A program made the position numbers and the translations under genes. Below the pieces are notes generated by a model. That model was not told the DNA's origin, searched no databases, and was given only the letters and a program-made list of their open reading frames with translations. Positions 33,737 through 43,836 of a stretch of 64,000 nt of DNA are shown in pieces. Positions within the stretch are counted from its first letter, which is position 1; every line of letters starts with the position of its first letter. The stretch is from an uncultured Gammaproteobacteria bacterium (GTDB lineage: Bacteria; Pseudomonadota; Gammaproteobacteria; UBA9214): the NCBI GenBank assembly GCA_963773065.1, contig CAVYZN010000005.1, positions 64,001 to 128,000 of the forward strand, read 5' to 3'.

Positions 33737-35962
33737 TTAAACCTTTCGCCGCGCTTCCACCACGTTGGGCAATTGTCCGATTTGCGTGAGTACACGGCTC
33801 AACTGATTTATGTTCGCAATCTCCATCGTCAGATTCATACGTGCAATACCATCACGCTTGTCAGTCAATGTGTTCACGCCGGTTAGATTGATCTTTTCAT
33901 TGGCCAGCACGGCTGTTATGTCGCGCAGCAGCCCTGAACGGTCATAGGCTTGCACGAAGAGTTCCACGGTGTAACCTGCCTCCGACGGTACACCCCATTC
34001 CACCTCGATAAGGCGCTTCAGGTCCTCGCCATCCATGCGCAGGATATTGCTACAGTCCCGGCGGTGGATCGTGACTCCGCGCCCGCGGGTGATGTAGCCC
34101 ACGATGGGATCATTGGGTACCGGGTGGCAGCACCTGGCAGTGCTGGTCAACAGGTTGCCGACCCCCAGAATCCTGAAACCTTCAGGCACGGAAGGCGGTT
34201 TCCGGGTTTTGACCCGTGCCTTCTCGGCGGTAGCAGGTTCCGGCCTTGGCACCAGTTCATTGACCGCGTTGGCCAGTTGACTGGTGTTGATGTCACCGCG
34301 GCCAAGCGCATCCAGAAAATCGTCCACCTGCTTGTGCTTGAACCATCCGGCGAGCTTCTCGACCGGCAGGCCGGTAATGCCAAGACGATGCAATTCACGG
34401 TCAAGCAGGCTACGCCCGGCGCTGATGTTGTGCTCGACGTCCTGACGCTTGAACCATTGGCGCACGCGCGATCTGGCGCGCGATGTCTTCAGGTAACCCT
34501 GGTGCGGATTCATCCAATCGCGACTGGGCATCCCCTGCTTGGTCGTCAGCACCTCGACCTGCTCGCCATTCTGTAGCTGGTAGGTCAGCGGGACGATGCG
34601 TCCGTTGACCTTGGCGCCCCGGCAGCGGTGTCCGATCTCCGTATGTACGGCGTAGGCGAAATCGAGCGGTGTTGATCCCTGGGGCAGATCGATGATCCTG
34701 CCTTGCGGTGTCAGCACATAGATCCGTTCCTGGAATGCCTCGGATTTGAAGCGGTCGACGAAATCATTGGCGGTACTCTCCTCATCACGCCACTCCAGCA
34801 ACTGCCGCAGCCAGGCAATCTTTTCCTCATAACCGGGATCGAAACTGCCGCCTTCCTTGTAACGCCAGTGGGCCGCCACACCGAGTTCCGCGTGGCGGTG
34901 CATTTTCTCGGTGCGGATCTGCACTTCCAGGGTGCGTCCTTCCGGTCCAATCACGGCGGTATGCAGGGAGCGGTACAGATTCTCCTTGGGATTGGCGATG
35001 TAATCGTCGAATTCCCTGGCGATATGACGCCAGAGACCATGGACGACACCAAGGGCGCCGTAACAGTCGCGTTCTTCTTTCACCAGGATACGCACCGCCC
35101 GCATGTCGAAGATCTGGTCGAAATCGAGATGCTTGCGTTGCATCTTGCGCCAGATACTGTAAAGATGTTTCGGCCGGCCGCTGACCACAGCCTCGATACC
35201 GGCTTGTTTCAGCTCTGTGGTCAGGCGCTCGATGACGCGCTTGATATAGTCCTCTCGATTGGTGCGTTTCTCATCGAGCTGCGTAGCCAGTTCCTTGTAT
35301 ACCTCGGGTTCGAGGTAACGCAGTGACAGGTCCTCGAGTTCCCACTTGATCTGCCAGATGCCCAGACGATTGGCGAGTGGCGCATAGATATCCAGGGTCT
35401 CCCGGGCGATGCGGCGCCGGCGATCTTCGTCCAGGTGTCTCAAGGTGCGCATGTTGTGCAGACGGTCCGCCAGCTTGATCAGCACCACCCGCACATCCTC
35501 GGCCATGGCCAGCAGCAACTTGCGCAGGCTCTCGGCCTGTGAATGCTCCTTGCCCCCTTCCTGACCAAGTTCCCGGAATTCGCCGATCCGCTCCATCTTG
35601 GTGACACCATCCACCAGGCGGGCGATCACCGGACCAAACTCCCTCTCGACATCATCCAGCGTGATATCCGTATCCTCGATCACGTCATGCAGCATGGCCG
35701 CGGCGATGGTTTCGTAGTCCAGCTTGAGGTCGTTGAGAATTTCGGCCACGGCCAGCGCGTGGTGGTAATAGGGTTCCCCGGAGGCGCGTTGCTGTCCCTG
35801 GTGCGCCTCGATGGCCCATTGCGCCGCGTTCAAAAGCACTTGCCTTTCAACCGCTGGATGACGATCCAGCAGGGCAAGCAACCTTGGGTCCGACTCCGCG
35901 CTCACTGCCGCAGATTTGTCACCCTCTGGTTTCCTCGACACTTTCATAACGTTGCCCATCAC
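33737..35962 (-). CDS. relA: (p)ppGpp synthetase, RelA-type long RSH
   Basis: HD, synthetase (GRPKH.YSI, EFDDYIANPK, EVQIRT), TGS, zinc-binding and ACT domains. Confidence 0.93.
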   Translation of the reverse strand: MMGNVMKVSRKPEGDKSAAVSAESDPRLLALLDRHPAVERQVLLNAAQWAIEAHQGQQRASGEPYYHHALAVAEILNDLKLDYETIAAAMLHDVIEDTDITLDDVEREFGPVIARLVDGVTKMERIGEFRELGQEGGKEHSQAESLRKLLLAMAEDVRVVLIKLADRLHNMRTLRHLDEDRRRRIARETLDIYAPLANRLGIWQIKWELEDLSLRYLEPEVYKELATQLDEKRTNREDYIKRVIERLTTELKQAGIEAVVSGRPKHLYSIWRKMQRKHLDFDQIFDMRAVRILVKEERDCYGALGVVHGLWRHIAREFDDYIANPKENLYRSLHTAVIGPEGRTLEVQIRTEKMHRHAELGVAAHWRYKEGGSFDPGYEEKIAWLRQLLEWRDEESTANDFVDRFKSEAFQERIYVLTPQGRIIDLPQGSTPLDFAYAVHTEIGHRCRGAKVNGRIVPLTYQLQNGEQVEVLTTKQGMPSRDWMNPHQGYLKTSRARSRVRQWFKRQDVEHNISAGRSLLDRELHRLGITGLPVEKLAGWFKHKQVDDFLDALGRGDINTSQLANAVNELVPRPEPATAEKARVKTRKPPSVPEGFRILGVGNLLTSTARCCHPVPNDPIVGYITRGRGVTIHRRDCSNILRMDGEDLKRLIEVEWGVPSEAGYTVELFVQAYDRSGLLRDITAVLANEKINLTGVNTLTDKRDGIARMNLTMEIANINQLSRVLTQIGQLPNVVEARRKV

Positions 35963-36004
35963 GCGGATAAATTTGTTAATGCATTTAGCTATAAAATATC
36001 ACTA

Positions 36005-36477
36005 ACGCCTGGAACAAGTGGATAAAACTCCGACTTGCGCCTTCGCAGTCGTGCACTGATCACGATTTTCCACAGAACACAGAGTAAATCCAAACGTCAG
36101 TGCCATGAGTCTCATAGGGTGATGATTTTTCAATTCAGGTATCAGGCAGTATAACGTCAGCGACTTGCGATAGTGTCGAAATCATTTACATGATTGATTA
36201 CCTAAGTAACCGAAGTTATGTATCTGTAATACCTATATAAAATAGTATTTCTGAGCAATTGATAATGTCGAATTTCCTTTCAGATCGATACTAGGTATTA
36301 TTACGTATACGTTGATAAGTTATTGTTTTCACGTATGTATAAATATTGGCGTGGGTATTGCTTAAGTTAAGTGGCAAAACTACGTCGTCAGTGGTTGCAA
36401 GCCAATAATCAAGCCACTGACGAATTAGTACAAAAGAATTAATTAATAATTGTTGAATTTACGGAGACTACATAATG
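36005..36477 (+). repeat. Duplicated upstream regulatory cassette, copy 1
   Basis: Colinear with 41933-42397, from ACGCCTGGAACAAG to ACGGAG...ACATAATG. Confidence 0.9.
36174..36361 (+). promoter_or_regulatory. Enhancer box plus sigma54 promoter of VPLPA-CTERM gene 1
   Basis: TGTCGAAATCATTTACA (36174-36190; TGT-N11-ACA) and TGGCGTGGGTATTGC (36347-36361). Confidence 0.8.
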
Positions 36478-37206
36478 AGACCAACTACGCCAGTAAAGGC
36501 GGCGACAGCCGTGCTGTTGGCAGCGGGAATATTCGGTGCATCAGCCGCGAACGCTGCCTCTGTTAGTTATTTTCTGGATCAGACAAATACCGACCCGCCA
36601 TTCAGTGATGGTACCAATTACCTGATTGTCACCATTGACGATAATCAGGCTGGTGGACTAATTAGATTTACCGTTGATGCGATTGACGCTCAGTTTAATA
36701 AACTTACAAGTTTTGGTATTCAGAACTTCGCATTCAACATCACGGTGATTCGACCGTTTTACCCGATGGCCCCAATGCCGCATGGATCCTGCCGGCCAAT
36801 TGGAGCGCACACGGTAGCACCGCCACCCCAAACGGCTGACGGTTTCGGCCAATTTGAAGTGGAATTGAGTACCTCTGGTGCGGCTGACCGTCAGGACCCT
36901 CTGGTCTTTTCGATCGATGTGGCCGGCGACACTATCAATTCTTATTTTGCACCGTCTACGGGGGGTGCCGTTCAAGGTAACGCTTGGTTTGCGGCCCATG
37001 TGGCGGGTTTCACGACAGGCCTTGGAGAAGGTGGTTGTACACCAATCAACGGTACCACTTGCAAGGAAGTTACCAGTGCCTGGTTTGGTGGGGGTAATGG
37101 TGAATAATTCCCACCAAATGCAGTTCCCCTCCCGGCAGCCGTCTGGCTGTTCGGTTCCGGTTTGGTTGGTATGATCGGTATCGCGCGCAGGAGAAAGACT
37201 GGCTAA
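36475..37206 (+). CDS. VPLPA-CTERM (PEP-CTERM-like) exported protein, frameshifted
   Basis: Signal peptide; AVPLPAAVWLFGSGLVGMIGIARRRKTG* in a shifted frame ending at 37206. Confidence 0.9.
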
Positions 37207-37246
37207 ATCCGGTCAATCCATTCCAATAACCAATAACAATTAATTC

Positions 37247-37278
37247 AAAGGGGATGCCTCGGCATCCCTTTATTTTTT
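37247..37278 (+). terminator. Rho-independent terminator
   Basis: GGGATGCC-tc-GGCATCCC followed by a T-run. Confidence 0.8.
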
Positions 37279-37455
37279 CTCCAAAATTTGACGAAAAGAT
37301 ATTAAGAGACATCACCACCCCCTGAACAGGGATGATCGACAGCACGGTCTATGTCGTGGAATCCGGAAACTTCGAATTCATCCACAACCATTTGGCCTAT
37401 GCCTTGATCGAAGATATCAAGAAAGACACTTGAGCCGGGCGCCTTCCGGCGCTAA

Positions 37456-39462
37456 CCAACTTAGCGGATTCGCCCTAGATTTTCGTGATTTTTCGCGTAC
37501 CGCTTCGCACAAGTGATTGATCGGTATGTAGGCTCTTGGGAGGGATCGCCCGAAAACCGCTGTAGTGCAGACCTGGCTTGTTCCCCGCGGCAAAACGGTG
37601 TGGATAATGGGGTGCCATGTTTCTGCGTGCGAGCACCGCAAGAAGGATGGCAAGACGCACCGCTACTGGAGCGTCGTCGAGAATCGACGCCTCGCCAATG
37701 GGCGCGTGCTGCAACGGCACGTGCTGTACCTGGGCGAGATCACCGATTCCCAGGAGCGTGCGTGGCGCCGTTCGATCGAGGTGTTGGACGAGCGTGAGGG
37801 CACAGCGCGCACGCTCGCACTGCTTCCCGAGGATCGCTGTGAGGGGCTGAGCGAGGATGCCGCGGTGGTGCGGCTGTGCCTGTCGCAACTGCGATTGTGC
37901 CGGCCGCGGCAGTGGGGCGCGGTGTGGTTGGCGTGGCGGCTTTGGCAGCAGTTGGGGCTCGATGCGTTCTGGGGGGTGCGGTTGAGCAAGAGCCGCAAGG
38001 GGACGCGCTGGGATCAGGTGCTGTTCGTGCTGGTCGCCTATCGGCTGCTCGCCCCGGGCAGCGAGTGGCGACTGCACCGGGAGTGGTTGAGCGTAGCGCG
38101 CTCGCCGATTTGCTCGGAGCCGACGCGAGGCTTGCCGACATCCACACGCTCTATGCGTGTCACGACCGCTTGCTCGCGCACAAGACGGCGGTGTTTGATC
38201 ATCTGGTGCGCCGCTGGCGCGATCTGTTCAACGTCGAATTCGACGTGCTGCTCTATGACCTGACCAGCACCTACTTCGAAGCCAATCCGCCGTTCGATGA
38301 CGACGACAAGCGCAGATTCGGCTACTCGCGCGACAAGCGCTCGGACTGCGTGCAGGTTGTCATCGCGCTGGTGGTGACGCCCGAAGGCCTGCCGCTGGCC
38401 TACGAGGTGCTACCGGGCAACACTGCCGACAAAACCACCTTGCGCGACTTTCTCGATCGCATCGAACGCCAGTACGGCAAGGCGCGACGCGTGTGGGTGA
38501 TGGATCGCGGCATCCCGACGGAGGAGACGCTCGCACAGATGCGCCACTGCGATCCGCCGGTGTACTACCTGGTCGGCACGCCCAAGGGCCGCTTGTCGAA
38601 GCTGGAGAAGGAGCTGCTCTTCAAACCTGGCACGAGGCGCGGCCCGGCGTGCAGGTGAAGCTCCTCGCACAGGAGGGCGAGATGTACGTCTTCGCCCAAA
38701 GCCATGACCGGATCGCGAAAGAGCGCGCGATGCGCACCCGCCAGCTCAAGCGCTTGTGGGCGCGACTGAAGCAGCTCTCGACGATGAAGCTCAGCCGCGA
38801 GGCGCTGCTGATGAAACTGGGCGCGGCACGCAGCCAGTCGCCCTCGGCGTGGCGCCTGGTTGAGGTGCAGGTTCACGAACACGAGGGCGCCTTCACCTAC
38901 GCGCTGCGCCGCGACAAGCTGCGCGCACGGCGTCGCCGCGAAGGCCGCTATCTGCTGCGCACCAATCTCACCGGGAGCGACCCTGCCGAACTGTGGCGTT
39001 ACTACATCCAGCTCGTGCAGGTCGAAGAGGCGTTCAAGACTCTCAAGGGCGATCTCGCCATCCGCCCGATCTTCCATCAGCAGGAGAGCCGCATCGAGGC
39101 GCACGTCTTTATCGCCTTCCTGGCCTACTGCCTGCACGCGACATTGACGCAGCAGCTACGCCCGCACGCGCGCGGACTGACCGCGCGCAGCGTGCTCGAG
39201 AAGTTTGCCGCTGTGCAGATGATCGATGTGCGCATCCCCACGACCGATGGACGCGAAGTCGTGCTGACGCGCTACACCGAGCCCGAGCGTGATCTGAAGC
39301 TGCTGCTCGATCGCCTGCGCATCGAACTGCCGGCCCAACCACCGCCCCGGATCACCACGGCTCAGGCCGAGACAGCCGTCCGCGTGTAGTGCAGACTTTC
39401 GAGGGTCCGTTCATATGGATCAATGAGTTGGCGCGCCCGACACGCTGAATCCGCTAAGTTGG
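37456..39462 (+). mobile_element. IS1634-family insertion sequence
   Basis: Perfect 16-bp terminal IRs CCAACTTAGCGGATTC / GAATCCGCTAAGTTGG flanked by 5-bp direct repeat GCTAA (37451-55, 39463-67). Confidence 0.93.
37617..39389 (+). CDS. IS1634 DDE transposase (about 3 frameshifts)
   Basis: RKKDGK.HRYWSVVE, YDLTSTYFE, GYSRDKR.D, VMDRG, VEEAFK.LK.DL.IRPIFH. Confidence 0.9.
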
Positions 39463-39666
39463 GCTAATCCCCACCAAAGACCTGAACCACCCGCATAGCA
39501 TCCCTGCGGGTCCGTGTTTTGTGCTGTTGTTTACAGTATTGCATGCGTCTCCGTCGTTTTGTGACGCAGTACTCAGTTTTGAATCAACCTTCCAGGCAAG
39601 TTAACGATATAGATGGAGTAGGGACTCCATATTCTTTCCCTGTAGCAACCTCAAGGAGTAATCAGC

Positions 39667-41442
39667 ATGCGCTACAAACACCTTCTCCGGCTGGCGGTTG
39701 GGACACTGATCACCTGTATCCTACTTGCTTTCGGTGCCGCGGCAGTGGCGCGCAACAACCAATGGGCCGAGGGCCACATCCTGGTTAAACCCAGAGCGCA
39801 TGTCAGCGCCGGACAGTTTTCAGAAATGCTTGGCCGTTTTGGCGCCCAAAGTGTGGGCAAAATTCGTGCGCTTGAAGTCCATGTGGTAAAGGTCCCACCT
39901 CAGGCCGAACAGGCAATGGTAGAAGCCCTGTCACATAATCCCAATGTCGAGTTCGCCGAGGTGGACGCCCTGCATACCCCTGGTGAAACGACGGCAAATG
40001 ACACGTATTTCGGAAACGCCTGGCATCTCGATACCATGAATGCCCCCTTGGCCTGGGATCAATCTAAGGGCGACGGCATCGTGGTCGCCGTGCTGGATAG
40101 CGGCGTCGATCCGAATCATCCGGACCTGCAGGGACAGTTGGTGCCGGGCAGAAACATCTACGACGGCAATGATAACACCGCAGATGTCTATGGACATGGC
40201 ACAAACGTTGCCGGTGTCATCGCCGCCGACAGCAATAATGGCATCGGAGTCACATCACTGGCTTGGAATGCCAAGATCATGCCGGTGCGCATTAGCCAGT
40301 TAAACGGCTCAGCCTATTCCAGCACCATCGCCAGTGGACTGACTTGGGCCGCCGACCATGGCGCCAAAGTCGCCAACATCAGCTATGCGATTTCAGGCAG
40401 CAGTACCGTCATTACCGCCGCGCAATACATGCGCGGCAAGGGTGGAGTTGTCTGCTCTTCCGCCGGCAATGACGGAACCAATCTTTCAACTTTACCCACG
40501 GATGCCATCATCACCGTCTCGGCAACGGATTCGGGCGACAACCTCGCCAGTTGGTCGAGCTATGGTAATGTTGTCGATGTGGCTGCTCCCGGTGTCAACA
40601 TCTGGACTACCCTTAACGGCGGCGGTTACGGACCGGTCAGCGGCACATCGTTTTCAAGCCCCGCCACAGCGGCCGTCGTGGCGCTCGTCATGGCCCGTAA
40701 CCCCGCTCTCAGCCCTGCCCAAGTGGATGGCATCATTATGAATGCCAGCCTTGATCTGGGCACACCCGGCAAGGATGTCTATTTCGGGTATGGACGGGTA
40801 GATGCGGCGGCGGCTGTCTCAGCAGGCGGATCGAGTCCAGCACCCGATACCGAGCCACCGACGGTATCGATCACCAACCCGACCGGTGGTGGCTACGTTT
40901 CAGGAACTGTCCCTATCGCGGCGGTCGCTGCGGATAATAAGGGAGTAACCAGAGTCGATTTCTATATCGATGGCACCCGGGTCAGCAGTGATACATCTGC
41001 CCCCTACTCACTTAACTGGAACTCAACTGGTCATGCGAATGGCACGGCACAACTGCTTGCACGCGCCTACGACAGCGCCAACAATGAGGGTGTGTCACAG
41101 ACCGTGTCTATCATCGTGGACAATCAGGCTACTGTTACGGACACCGTGCCACCAACGGTTACCATTCTGAGCCCTAATACAACCACCGTGTCGGGCACCG
41201 TGCAGATCAGTGTTGCCGCATCCGACAACGTGGCTGTGGCACTGCTCCAATGCTATGTGGACAACAAGCTCATGGGGACAACAAATGCATCCAGCCTCAG
41301 CTGCAGTTGGAGCACGCGTAAGGTCGCGCCAGGATTACATACCATCAGCGCCAAGGCGGTAGATACATCAGCCAATGCAGCCACGACCGCAATCCAAGTG
41401 AATGTTGGCACGTCATCTAAGGGCGGATCGGGCAGACACTGA
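39667..41442 (+). CDS. Secreted S8 subtilase with two C-terminal Ig-like domains
   Basis: Signal peptide and propeptide; VAVLDSG, HGT.VAG, GTSFSSP triad; two DT.PPTV.I..P repeats. Confidence 0.93.
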   Translation: MRYKHLLRLAVGTLITCILLAFGAAAVARNNQWAEGHILVKPRAHVSAGQFSEMLGRFGAQSVGKIRALEVHVVKVPPQAEQAMVEALSHNPNVEFAEVDALHTPGETTANDTYFGNAWHLDTMNAPLAWDQSKGDGIVVAVLDSGVDPNHPDLQGQLVPGRNIYDGNDNTADVYGHGTNVAGVIAADSNNGIGVTSLAWNAKIMPVRISQLNGSAYSSTIASGLTWAADHGAKVANISYAISGSSTVITAAQYMRGKGGVVCSSAGNDGTNLSTLPTDAIITVSATDSGDNLASWSSYGNVVDVAAPGVNIWTTLNGGGYGPVSGTSFSSPATAAVVALVMARNPALSPAQVDGIIMNASLDLGTPGKDVYFGYGRVDAAAAVSAGGSSPAPDTEPPTVSITNPTGGGYVSGTVPIAAVAADNKGVTRVDFYIDGTRVSSDTSAPYSLNWNSTGHANGTAQLLARAYDSANNEGVSQTVSIIVDNQATVTDTVPPTVTILSPNTTTVSGTVQISVAASDNVAVALLQCYVDNKLMGTTNASSLSCSWSTRKVAPGLHTISAKAVDTSANAATTAIQVNVGTSSKGGSGRH

Positions 41443-41518
41443 CCGAGTTCCGGTGTTGTTAAGGGTTGTCAGATGACTGCCCCCAGCAGCAGGTATATCA
41501 GCGTACGCGAGCAGTTAA

Positions 41519-41682
41519 ATGACCCCCGGCAAAGCCCGGGGTTTATTGGGTGAGCGCCTCAAAGGCGCTGATAACCCCGTGAGCCGCCTGAAGGCGGCAA
41601 ACTACTCCACCCAACTTCATCTGATCGTATCGTTCATCTTCGGCTTCCTGATAGCGAATGTACGCCCGCACCATCGCCGCAG
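41519..41682 (-). mobile_element. IS200/IS605 remnant: tnpA C-terminus plus end hairpins
   Basis: Minus-strand AMVRAYIRYQEAEDERYDQMKL (YIxxQ catalytic Tyr helix), then hairpins GCCGCC/GGCGGC, AGCGCC/GGCGCT, CCCCGG/CCGGGG. Confidence 0.75.
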
Positions 41683-41734
41683 ATGGACGACTGCATTGAT
41701 GCAGGCGGTAGGTCGACGCAGTAAGCCAAAGCCG

Positions 41735-41932
41735 AGGGCTTCGCGGTCACGTGCCCGCTCGCCCCGGATGCATCACGACTCCTATCCGGTTTTTATTCAT
41801 CGCCCCGCCGCTTCGGATTGGGCTTCCTCCAGACCCTGTCTCGCGGCGACGCCCTTGCCCTTCTCCTTCAGCTCTGCGTATACCTGGTCATAGGACTTAC
41901 ACCTATGAAGTAACACACCATGCGAGGCGCAC
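41735..41932 (-). mobile_element. Group II intron 5' fragment (domain I), no RT gene
   Basis: Begins GTGCGCCTCGCATGG...AGGTGTAAGTCCTATGACCAGGT...GCAAGGGCGTCGCCGCGAG...GGAAGCCC, resembling bacterial class C intron 5' ends; GTGCG boundary sits exactly at the edge of the duplicated cassette. Confidence 0.7.
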
Positions 41933-42397
41933 ACGCTTGGAACAAGCGGATAAAACTTCGAATTGCGCTTTCGCAGCCGTGCAATGATCACGATCTTTCC
42001 AGAGAACACAGGGTAAATACTAACGTCAGTGCCATGACTCTACATGGGTAATGATTTTTCAATTCAGTCATCAGGCAGTATAACGTCAGCGATTTGTGAT
42101 AGTGTCGAAATCATTTACATGATTGATTACTTAAGTAACAGAAGTTATGTATCTGTAATACCTATATAAATAGAATCCTCGGCAATTGATCATGTCGAAT
42201 TTCCTTTCAGATCGCTACTAGGTATCTTTACGTATGCATTGATAAGTTATTGTTTTTCATATGGAGATAATTACTGGCATGGGTATTGCCTAATATATTT
42301 AGGAAAACTACGTAATTAGTGGTCGCAAACCAATATTCAAACCACTGATGAACTAGAGAAAAGAAAAAAATGGTGTTTTTACGGAGTTCACATAATG
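41933..42397 (+). repeat. Duplicated upstream regulatory cassette, copy 2
   Basis: Same TGTCGAAATCATTTACA box (42103-42119) and sigma54 TGGCATGGGTATTGC (42275-42289). Confidence 0.9.
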
Positions 42398-43072
42398 CGT
42401 ATACCACGTCTGCTCGGTGCGGCAAGCGCCTGTGCAATTAGTTTAGCTGTCGTTACATCTATCAATGCGGCTCCGGTTTATACCGGCACCTACGTTGATA
42501 TGTATCTGAAGCAAAATACCTTTCCGCCCGATCTATCGGAGGATAAGGTTTATCTCGATGCGGATACAGCGACCACAATTACCGGTCACGTTGGCTCCCA
42601 GACTGGGACACCACTGGTCAGCTTTTCATCAACGACCGACACACTTGTTGCGAACAACGGGTTTTCGAGCATTAAATCGGTTAATGGGAATATTAACAAC
42701 ATTACGATTACTGCCCCAGGATATTGGTTTGAAGACCTGATTTTCAGCGTGATGTTGTCGAATGGTAATTCTGATCTATCTGTTACGGCCGAAAACAATT
42801 CAGGGGGAACTGATGTCAATACTGCCTGGACATTAGGAAATGGCGAAAATCGTATTTTAGTGCTCGCTAAAGGTGACAATTTGATGCAATCAGTTACAGT
42901 TGACTCTTTATCCGGTTTTAACGCGCTTGGTGGTCTAAATCAGTTCAAGCAAACTGAAATTTCCGGATTGACAGTTGTCCCAGCGGCTGTCCCAGTGCCT
43001 AACGCCATCTGGTTGTTCGGTTCAGGACTGCTTGGCATGGCCGCGGTAGCGCGCAGGAAAATGCCCGGCTAA
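42395..43072 (+). CDS. VPLPA-CTERM-type exported protein
   Basis: Signal peptide; C-terminal AVPVPNAIWLFGSGLLGMAAVARRK. Confidence 0.92.
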   Translation: MRIPRLLGAASACAISLAVVTSINAAPVYTGTYVDMYLKQNTFPPDLSEDKVYLDADTATTITGHVGSQTGTPLVSFSSTTDTLVANNGFSSIKSVNGNINNITITAPGYWFEDLIFSVMLSNGNSDLSVTAENNSGGTDVNTAWTLGNGENRILVLAKGDNLMQSVTVDSLSGFNALGGLNQFKQTEISGLTVVPAAVPVPNAIWLFGSGLLGMAAVARRKMPG

Positions 43073-43124
43073 AAAACCCTGTTTCTCTGATTCAGCAACA
43101 ACAAGAAAACAATTTTCGTTGTTT

Positions 43125-43400
<276 letters not shown>

Positions 43401-43449
43401 TGGTGTAATGTGTTGGTTAGAATAAAAAATTAAAAAAAAAAAAAAACTC

Positions 43450-43481
43450 AAAGAGGATGCAACTGCATCCTCTTTCTTTTT
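43450..43481 (+). terminator. Rho-independent terminator (paralog of 37247)
   Basis: AAAGAGGATGCA-ac-TGCATCCTCTTT followed by a T-run. Confidence 0.8.
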
Positions 43482-43836
43482 CCAGCGGTCCCGACAATGC
43501 TATTGTCTGGGATCCCCCCACTTCGTGACAATTCCCAGAAGAACGGAACACCTGTGGTACTTGCCAACTGTCAAGGAAAATCCTCTTTAGATATCCCGAT
43601 TGGTACGCATGCACGTCCCGCATTTTGGCGGGATGAGGGGAAGCCGAGAGCAACTAGATACGGACAATCACTGCTGAAGTCGCTTATGACACCTTTCTGA
43701 TTCCGTGTTCTTCCGCGTGTTCCGTGGCGATTACGAGTTTAGTTATAGCCAATCTGAATACCCCTTCACATATCACGCTTCACCTTAACCAAATATCCCG
43801 CTCAATCGTCATGGTTCACGGGGTGCCTGAGGCAAA

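Noticed and set aside
36370-36440. c-di-GMP-I riboswitch (GGCAAA start)
   Set aside because: Lacks the GAAA tetraloop, GACGCAAAGC and second hairpin of the GEMM motif.
37330-37433. Short ORF MIDSTVYVVESGNFEFIHNHLAYALIEDIKKDT before the IS1634
   Set aside because: Looks like a gene 3' remnant, too short to assign.
43701-43728. TTCCGTG micro-repeats
   Set aside because: Three short imperfect units with no other copy in the window, so there is insufficient support.
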